From: Nymphaea colorata
Lineage: Eukaryota
Assembly (NCBI RefSeq): GCF_008831285.2
Contig: NC_045138.2
Location: 43,400,001 to 43,464,000, forward strand
Length of the DNA stretch: 64,000 bases
Reading direction: 5' to 3'
Positions 55,191-64,000 of this stretch are shown here, piece after piece. Numbering within the stretch: position 1 is the stretch's first letter; every line of letters starts with the position of its first letter. The notes beneath the pieces are model-generated. The model made no database searches and had not been told where the DNA came from. It worked only from the letters and a program-made list of their open reading frames with translations. The position numbers and the translations under genes were made by a program.

Positions 55191-58120
55191 ATAACAAGTG
55201 GCAATGTCAAGCTAGAACTTTCATCACCTCATATACCTTTGTCGAAGCAAGAAATGAGACCCTATTACTCCTTCATTGGTTGTGACAAGAAACTTTCTAT
55301 CATATCGAGTGTCTTTTCATGAAATTTTTGTTTTCACCAAAGGCTGGATTTTGAACTTGTTTAGTAAGATTCCCCAAACTAGTGCTTGGGTTGAGCTTGC
55401 TTTGAAAATCCCTTGGTCAAATGACCAAGTTACGCTTGCTTCATAAGATTCCCTTTCTCGCGACCAGGTTGAGATGGCTTTAGACTGCTTCGAACCTAGC
55501 ATCCGGATTGCACTTGATCAAATCTTTAGCTTAGCAGCTGAATCGATTTGATTAGGATATGATCCCCTTTTTTATGGACAATGATGATTGTGAAAGAAAA
55601 ATAGGTGTCACAAAAACAATTTAGAAATGCCTCGAAATATTCATAATTAAAAAAATGCCCCAGTATTAGCAGTTGCCATGATTGATAATGGATAGGACCT
55701 GATTCAAAACAAAATGCGTGAATGTACTGGGTAGAAGATAGAAGGTTGATACCTTGATTGAAGTGAAAATACTAAAAAATTCCCCAATGAAAAGAAGGTA
55801 CAAACAAAATTATATAAAGAAAACTTATATATTTTTCGCTAACAGGAAAATGAGGGTGCAAGGTAATATGAGTTTTGGTATAAAAGAATTTTTGTTTGTC
55901 CTTAATGACAAGCAATTGAGATAAAGCTTATATGAAAGAAAATGAGAATATGATCGGTAGATTGTAATTCTCATAGCGAGATATCAAGTTGATAATATAG
56001 GAAAACAGAACAACTTAATTTTGAAATGATTAAATCTCAAGCAGAGTATAAATATATGACGTTTGATTCGGGAAGATATAGAATCAATAGGGGTGGATGA
56101 ATAAATTAAAAACAAGTGCCCGACTATTGAAAATAAAATATGCTAGAGCAAAACAAAGATATTAGAATAAATGACCACCCAATAAAATCATGGAAATAGT
56201 AAAATGGGAAGAGAGACACACCATAGGCATTGAAGCTAGAAAATTATTTGGTTAAACATAAATGAGGGAAAAAAAGGAATGCATGACCTCAGTCAAACAT
56301 GTGGTGATCATGAACTGAGATTGAGGCCAAGAAAATAATGAAAATTGCCTCAATAAAATGAATGCATGGACAAAATTGTATAAAGAAAATTGATATATGA
56401 GGGTGAAAGGCAATATTATGTGTCTGAGCTTGGATATAAAAGAATTTTTGACAAGCAATTAAGACAAAGCATGCAGAAAAGAAATTTGTTGTAGAAATAT
56501 GATCGATAAATAGTGATTTTCATTTCAAGATATCAAGTTAATAATATAGGAAAATAGAGAGCATTATGAGCAATTTGTCACTTGTGAATAATCTTAACTT
56601 TGAAAGGATTGGACCTTAAGTAGAGTATAATATATGCATAATGTTTTATTCATATAGATCCAAAAAATCACATGTTCGATGATTCAAAATGGAGTATCCT
56701 TGTGTATAGCAAAAGATTGATATTCAATTTGAAATAAATGATAACCCAATAAAATCATGAAAGTAATAAAATAGAGAGAAAGATGCTATGAGTGTTGACG
56801 TTAAAAAATTATTTAGCTAAATATAAATTATGGAAAAAGAATGCATGACCTGAGTCAAGCAAAGTTTGGTAATTGAGCTAAAAGATGGCTATCATGTTCA
56901 AGAATATGAGGTCAGACAAATAAATGAAGGATTGACAATATATAATAAAATTTAGATTTCAAAGCAACTTTAAAAAAATGGACTTGCCAAGGAATAATTG
57001 ATGACCAAATAAAATGTGAAGAAATGTGCACTATGGGTATTGAAGCTAGAAAATTATTGGGCTAAAGATAAATGAGAGAAAAAGAATGCATGACCTAAGT
57101 CAAGAAAGGTTGGTAATTAAGCCAATAGGTGGATATCACATTCAATTGAAGGTTTAACAAATGAATAAATGAGAGATTGACAAGATATGATAAAATGTAG
57201 ATCTTGAAGTAATTCTAAAAAATGGATTTGCTGAATGGCAATATTTGAAAAATCAATATCATTTAGATAGTAGAGTTAAAGCATGAGTTTATGGCATAGT
57301 CGAGTTGAAGACTACGTAGAGATGAACAAAGGAGACATTGATTTAAATGAGGCAGATGAAGTGTAAAAATATTAAATTGACTAATGATTGTATGAAGACA
57401 CACATGTATTCATCATATAATGATAAACATCCAACATTTTCAAAAGTCACCTTTATCATGCATATATTTGGAAAAGGAGCATTGGACCCTAATTGAGTTG
57501 GGTTTGATCAATTATGATTATTCCATATAAGATATGTCAATACACCTTAGCCAATAGGTTTAGTACGAGCATAGACTCATTCCTTAGGTAACTAAAGGCA
57601 GGGTTTATCATCTTCTTCTTAGACACTCGTCGATATACCATAAGTTACCACTCATGATACTAACTAGAGGGCTTTCCCGCCCAATGTGTGGTCCAGTTGT
57701 AAGGCTTAATCTTGTGCTACCGCCTAAGACCAAGCCCGACAACGTGATGATCGGACCAAATAGGCACTAAAAGTTTTTAAAATATGAACAAACATGCAAA
57801 ATCGGTTGTCTCTAATGAAATGTTGCCTAAGATAGTGATTAAAATAAGTAGAAGAGTAAACATTATTTGCAATCAAGCCTTAAATAGAGGAGAGTTGTAT
57901 TTGATCGTAGATCTAAGTGAACATGATTGATCCTCCTCAATTAGTTTTATATACAAGAGAGCAAACATTATCATCAAGCAATGTAATGAAATGTCGATGG
58001 AGTCAAGGCCAAAGAAAGGAGCATGCTTTATCATCAACAATATATGAGATGTCCAAGTTTGTGTAAATGCATCAATAATAATTATAGCTAAACGGTACGG
58101 GTCCCATAACGGTCAACATC

Positions 58121-58995
58121 TATCCTCATTCCCATTTTTTTTTGTTTTTGGAGTGCTGCAGAAAAATAAGATTTTTTTTTATTTTGAAATAAAAGAGAAA
58201 GGAACTCGCCCGTCGGTACGAGGATCAACCATTCTCGGTGCCTTTACCGGGGTTAATCAATGCAAGGGCTATGCTTATTCTTGATGCATTTTGTTTTAAC
58301 TTAAATATCTTTTTCATTCTAAATGTGGTGCAGTATTTGAAAAAATATTGAAGACTTGATACTTCCAATTTTTTAGAAAGGTTTGAAGAATCATTTGAGA
58401 CTGTAAAACATTTTGATTTAATAAAAAACTTGAATTGAAAAATCTTTATAAATATTGTTTGGAAACATTTGAAGATCATATTTTGGAAATCACTTTGGTG
58501 TTTTCTTAAGACTTTAAGTAGGTTTGAAGTTTTGTTCTAATTTGGTTACTACATAATTAGAATTTTATCTTATTTTGTTTAAGTTCTTTTAGAGATGTAC
58601 TTGTGGTCATTTGTAATGTTAAGTGAATGTTAATGCATGAATACATTAATTTTACATGATTCATTATTACCACAACATTCATCTAAAGACATTCCTACTA
58701 TCACATGCATCTAATATTTTTATAATAAATATTTACGATGAAACGAGAAAAGTTTTTGAAAATGGAATGGAATTGTAGATCCTCAAACATGATTTTAATA
58801 TTGGGTTATTACTTGAGTTTTGGTCTTTGTGAAGTCGGCAAATGAGAAATTGAAACCTCAAATCATAGAGGAAAAATGTTTGAAAAATGAAAAAGAGAAA
58901 AGACTTGATCACAAGAGAGATATAGAGAAAGAGAGAGAGAGAAAGAGATTTTGAAAATCATAAAATCAAGGATTTAAAAGAAACAGAGATACACA

Positions 58996-59055
<60 letters not shown>

Positions 59056-60760
59056 CTTATAAAATGAGGTTTAAATCAAGTAGAGAAGAGAAGATCATTT
59101 TAGAAAGAGAGAGAGAGAGAGAGAGATTTTAAAATTAAATACACGTATACATATTCATATATATGTATATGAAAGTTTGTAAAAGTATGTTAAATCATAA
59201 AGAGAGAAAGACAAATAAAGATATTCATGTGCACATATACGTATATAACATGTATATATGCATATGTCTTTATAAATATTAAAATCAAGAAATGACTTGA
59301 AAATATCCGACTTCAATTTTGATGTAGGCCGGAGGGGAACTTGGGCTCATGCAAGAGCCTAAGCTAAGTCTCCAATGCCACATTAGAGAAGGTATTTGCT
59401 TTTGAAAATCTTTTGGAAAACATGCTTCTAAATGTGAACATAAAAATCATATTGTTTGCTTAAAGGAAATATATTTCTTCCACCAATAGGTATGAAAGAA
59501 AATCAAATAATCATGAAATAGGGAATGACGAAGCACTCATTGGGGTCCCTAATCGGGTGATCAAGAAATAAACTAAACGTAAAAATGACATGAAGATGCA
59601 CTTTAACATGTACAAATTCGCGAAGAGCTTTCCCAGGTTGGACAAGTCTCAACCTTAAAAATCAACACAAGAATGAAGAAGTCCCAAATCGTGAAGGGCT
59701 TTCCCTGGTTGGACAAGTCCCAACCTAAAAAATCAACACAAGAGTGAATAAGTCCCAACCCCAAGCACTCATTCTCACCATACGTTTGCTCATCAATTAA
59801 TGACAATTAGAACATCATGCATGAGCATCATTTCAAGCATGAATGATGAATGAAGCAATATAGCAAGCATATTTTAGAAATAAATGAAGAAATAGAATTT
59901 ATTTTGCCTTTCTCATACTCATGGTGCACTCAAGATATAGTTCTCGATTCCGGACAAGAAATCATTTGAGCTTTCTTGCACGGCCATGGGGAGGTGGCAA
60001 GAGGAAAAGATGAAATAAAAATGGAGGATTACATACCTCGGATATGGATGAGCCTCCTCCTTTAAATGATTCAAGGATCACCTCGGATGAAGCTCCAAAA
60101 TGATGAGATAATCACTCTAAGGGGTCTTCTTGTGCTCCCATGAGGAGTTTGAACTTGGAGATGTTTGCTCCCAAGGTTGGAGAAAAATAAAAAGAGAAGA
60201 AGAGAGAAATGCAAAGAGAGGCAAATCTTCAAGTGAAGAAACATTAGAAATCCTCCAAGGGTTAGCCCATGTTCAAGAGGGAGGATTGTGGGGGTATTTA
60301 TAGCGAGTTTTGGAATTAAAACTCAAAATTTGATTTTTTTTGAATTTGACAAGATTTTCATGCGAATTTCATAAATTCAAGAGGAAAGAGTTTTAGAGCC
60401 AAAATTCAAAATTTGAATTCAAGAGGAAAGAGTTTTGGTGCCAAAATTCAAAATTTGAATTCAAGAGGAAATAGTTTTGGAGCCAAAATTTAAAATTTGA
60501 ATTCGGCTTTGGAATTTGAGTTTGGAATTCTTGATTTCAATCTAAACTTGGATTTTTGATTTAATTCGGATTTGATAATTGGATTTTCAATTTGAATCTC
60601 ACGTCTAAGGTTCGGTTTTGAAGTTGAATTTTGTGTTTGGGTTTGGAGAACGGTTCAAAAATTTATTTTGGATTGAATAGTCACAAATTTGTTTTGGGTC
60701 TAAAATTTAAATCCAAATAATAAAATAATAGTCTTTTTTGAAAAATTTGGGCTGATAACA
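58121..60760 (-). repeat. 5' LTR (about 2640 bp) of the Ogre-like element
   Basis: Colinear with 52267-54777; inner terminus decayed (ta instead of tg); outer end gctgataaca. Confidence 0.85.
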
Positions 60761-61029
60761 CACTTGAAATAGTATAATGTACGATTTTCACTTGCAAGAA
60801 TAGTAGAATAAGGGAAATATGAGTTGTGTTCACTTATTTTGTTAGTGAATTTGGAAACACCTACTTTATATAGTTGTCACCTTGGACTTTAAGGTGTGAT
60901 GTTCTTGAATATGATGTTAATTATATGCAACTATTGTTGAAAAATCAGACCATATATATAGCGAGTTTCACATCCATGGTTCAAGTAATGAAATTATGAG
61001 ATTGTACAAACCAGTAACTCTATGTGGCT

Positions 61030-63145
61030 ACAATATTGTGCCATTGGCTCTATGACAAATGCACTTTACTTTTTTGACCAGGTTTTTCATCATGTGCCTG
61101 CGTGGTTTCAATTGCCTTGCTTTGCCTCTCCTTTTTTACTTTTTTTTTTCTATGAAAACATTTTTGTGATGTTTTTTTATCCTTGAATCCCATAATCAAT
61201 ACACAAATTCCTCTTGATTTTTCTTGTAGTAAGGTAGGATCTACCAACATTGACAATATTTATCTATGAGTCATTAAAGACCATGTTAATCTAAGGACAG
61301 ATTTTTTCATCCTTGTCAGGGTTATGGGCTAATTGTTGCAACTCAAGTCACTAGTTATAGAATTTTAGTTACATGTATAATGGTGTAACGTAATCACTAT
61401 GTCAGGGTTATGGGCTAATTGTTGCAACTGGAACAGTAGTTGATGAAACTTTAGTTACATGTAAACATAATCACTAGCAACATGCTACTGTGAGACATTC
61501 TTCATCCTTACCTTTTTAAAGGAGGTTGCATCTCATTATGTTGCTCTTTGCCTTACTGGTCCATTTTAGGTAACTCCTTGATGTTCTCCTAATCTAACAC
61601 ATTCATTACACGACAATAGAAAACTCAACTAAATTTGAATTTCCGGTAGAAACACTAAAATGTAGTGTTTTTCATGTTGTCTGTGACAATGTGGGAATCT
61701 ATTTGATATATGTTCATGTTGTCTTACAATGAATTGTTTTTTTTTTTTTTTGTTTATTGTCATGATTGATGGTTACAAGGGTTTTAGTTTTCATTACATA
61801 TCTGGAACAAACATCAACACCTTGATTGTCATCATTATGGTAATTGTTAAAAATGCTTTGCAATCTTGTTCTAGTTCATCTCTTCTAAGATTTTTCAAAA
61901 ACATTTCACATTGTTTAAGAAATTGAAATATTGTTCAATGCAAAATATAGATTTTTTTTTAAGGATTGCATGCTGCCCTATGGATGCTAATCATATCTGC
62001 ACATAAATGCTATTGGTTTTTGGAAATGTCAACTTCTCTGTATCCTTGAACAACCTCCACAACCACTCTTTGTTCCACAATTGGTATGTGTTAATCATTT
62101 CCACTGATGAGGATATGAATGACTCTTCATCCTGTGACTTCAAGATGCAATGCCCTAGGAGTGACACTCTTTAATTTAAGTTCTTGGTTAAAAACATCAC
62201 ATATAAACTTTATCTCATTTTGAAATATGTGCCACAAGCAAAAATGGTGAGACATGTTGGGCATATGTTTGTGCTATGACACTACAATAGTTTGTCTCCC
62301 TCCGTTAATGCCACCTATAGGTGTCACCATTCATGACCTCACTAAATTATGCAAACAAACATACAAAACTATCTATCATTTGGTCCTACATGAAAATAAC
62401 ACCAAACATGCAACTTTGTGCATGAGGGTTTACACCCACAAACTATGCAAAGGGTTATTGGTGAGTGTTGATTTTCACTACAATATCGAATACATTAACA
62501 TCACTGAAACACTTATAATCTAGTCACAAATAGGTATTTATTCAAAACATATTTGTTATGCATTCATCCACATCCAATTAAAGTGTACTAGAGTCAGAGT
62601 CCATACTCAGTTTCTTTTGGACATATCCTACAATAGTATGCATATCTCTACTCTTCTTTCCACACACTATCCTTTAGTTCTTTAGGTCGAAAGGTGTGAA
62701 AGGTACATTTTCATGTCCATCATCCAACTTTCTAGTGTAGTTGTATGCCTACCTTAGAGTGATAGAACAACATATGATAACTCTTGCATTGTTTTATGAG
62801 CATGTGTTACCCTTCGCTGTGAACTCAATATGAAAGCAATTGAAAAAGGAGCCAAGGGGTAGTCGGGATCAACAATGAAGGTCCTAACTAAAATTCTACC
62901 ATTTGGAAACTTTTTAACTATAATCTTTGTAGACATCCACATTTTGAAGTCTGCCTATGAATTTTCTTGGCTTTCTTGTGCTTCAGCAATTATTTCTTTG
63001 AATATATATGTCTTTCTTAAAATAATCCCTTTCCAATTTTTTCTCTTGGTCATCCTTCTGAATGTTAAGCCCATGAGTGAGTACATAACAGTTGTAAAAT
63101 ATGAAAACATCTTCATTGTCACTGAACTTTATTCCTACACGTGCA
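61030..63145 (-). pseudogene. Degenerate Mutator-like transposase of the FAR1/FHY3 type
   Basis: Minus-strand translation: FYNCYVLTHGLNIQK; KCGC; LSSQRRV; ITNMF*...LDYKCFSDVNVFD; PFA*FVGVNPHAQSCMFG; DSFVCLF; MPNMSHHFCLWHIFQN; KWTSKAK. Motifs are in FAR1 order with many stops. Confidence 0.85.
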
Positions 63146-63512
63146 ATATCAAACTCATATCTGTTTGTTCATGCATGTGCATATCTAGTGGAACACTCTC
63201 CTCATGCTTGTGCTCATCCAAAGTATGTTCACATGCATTAGAGTCACCACTGTAATCATCTATGAAGATTGTTACATGCATCACTCACCTATATATTGTT
63301 TGTACATACACATTGACTAGAACTTTTTCCTTTGCCTCATGCACATTAATACCATCTTCGCATAAGAACACTCACCACTTGCCTTGCATGCATGCAAATA
63401 ATGAAACACTTTCATCTTCTCCATATGCATTCAACATATAGTTCCTATGCTGAAAATCATATTTAACCATAAATTGTGTCCACTACATACTTTTCGTCCA
63501 GCATGTCACTTG

Positions 63513-63961
63513 TAGGCCTGGGCATCGGGCTGCTCAGCCCCGACCCCCTCCTCCTCTGTCTCCGTCTCTGTCTCCCGACCCCCTTACCCCCGCCCTCCCA
63601 TCACCCTCCGATGGAGGAGGAGGGGGAGGGAGACGGAGGAGGGAGACGGAGAAGGAGGGGAGGGAGACGGAGGAGGGAGGGGGAGGGAGACGGAGACAGA
63701 GGAGGAGGGGGAGGGAGACGGAGGAGGAGGGGGAGCAGAGAGGGAGAGGGGGAGTGGGAGCAGAGAGGGAGAGGGGGAGTGGGAGCGGAGAGGGAGACGG
63801 GAAAGGAGAGGAAGAGCGGGAGTTCGGCCGGGCCGGGCCTCCGTCGAGCCGGCCTATCGGGCCCGGGCCAGGTTTTTCCCGGCCCGGACCCGCGTCCGAT
63901 CGGGCCGGCCCGGCCCGGACCAGCGTCCGATCGGGCCGGCCCGGCCCGATGCCCAGGCTTA
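63513..63961. mobile_element. hAT-family MITE (449 bp)
   Basis: TIRs TAGGCCTGGGCATCGGGC and GCCCGATGCCCAGGCTTA (17/18); perfect 8-bp TSD GTCACTTG at 63505-63512 and 63962-63969; subterminal GGCCCG repeats. Confidence 0.93.
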
Positions 63962-64000
63962 GTCACTTGTGCCATTATCATCATCATTAACATACATAAT

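Larger units (their letters stand above)
52267..60760 (-). mobile_element. Non-autonomous Ogre/Tat-like LTR element (LARD-type)
   Basis: Direct repeats 52267-54777 and about 58121-60760; TSD CACTT at 52262-52266 and 60761-60765; minus-strand PPT aaagaggggcatc at 54778-54790; degenerate tRNA-Arg-like PBS (tgttgaccgttatggga) near 58102-58118; no retro-protein motifs found inside. Confidence 0.88.

Noticed and set aside
63601..63993. Pro/Gly-rich ORFs
   Set aside because: GC-rich interior of the hAT MITE.

Overview
Repeat-rich flowering-plant nuclear DNA with one intact protein-coding gene: a five-exon GDSL esterase/lipase (GLIP7-like) on the minus strand at 26068-32360. Most of the rest is transposable-element sequence of different ages. 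LTR elements: a decayed Ty1/copia (19903-24286, TSD ATGTT); a decayed chromodomain-bearing Ty3/gypsy (42692-48156); a non-coding Ogre/Tat-like element with 2.5-2.6 kb LTRs (52267-60760, TSD CACTT); a Del/Tekay-like solo LTR (38746-41475) with a younger relative cut by the window start (1-714); and two ancient Ogre-like remnants carrying Plant Mobile Domain (PMD) pseudo-ORFs. DNA transposons: a non-autonomous PIF/Harbinger element (3897-5941, TSD TTA), a short PIF transposase fragment, a degenerate FAR1-type Mutator transposase (about 61030-63145), a young hAT MITE (63513-63961, TSD GTCACTTG) and four related MITE copies in GDSL intron 3. I found no convincing previously undescribed system. The most interesting items are the non-coding Ogre-like element, the PMD remnants and the intronic MITE cluster. 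All alignments and translations were done by eye, and family names rest on recalled motifs, not database searches.
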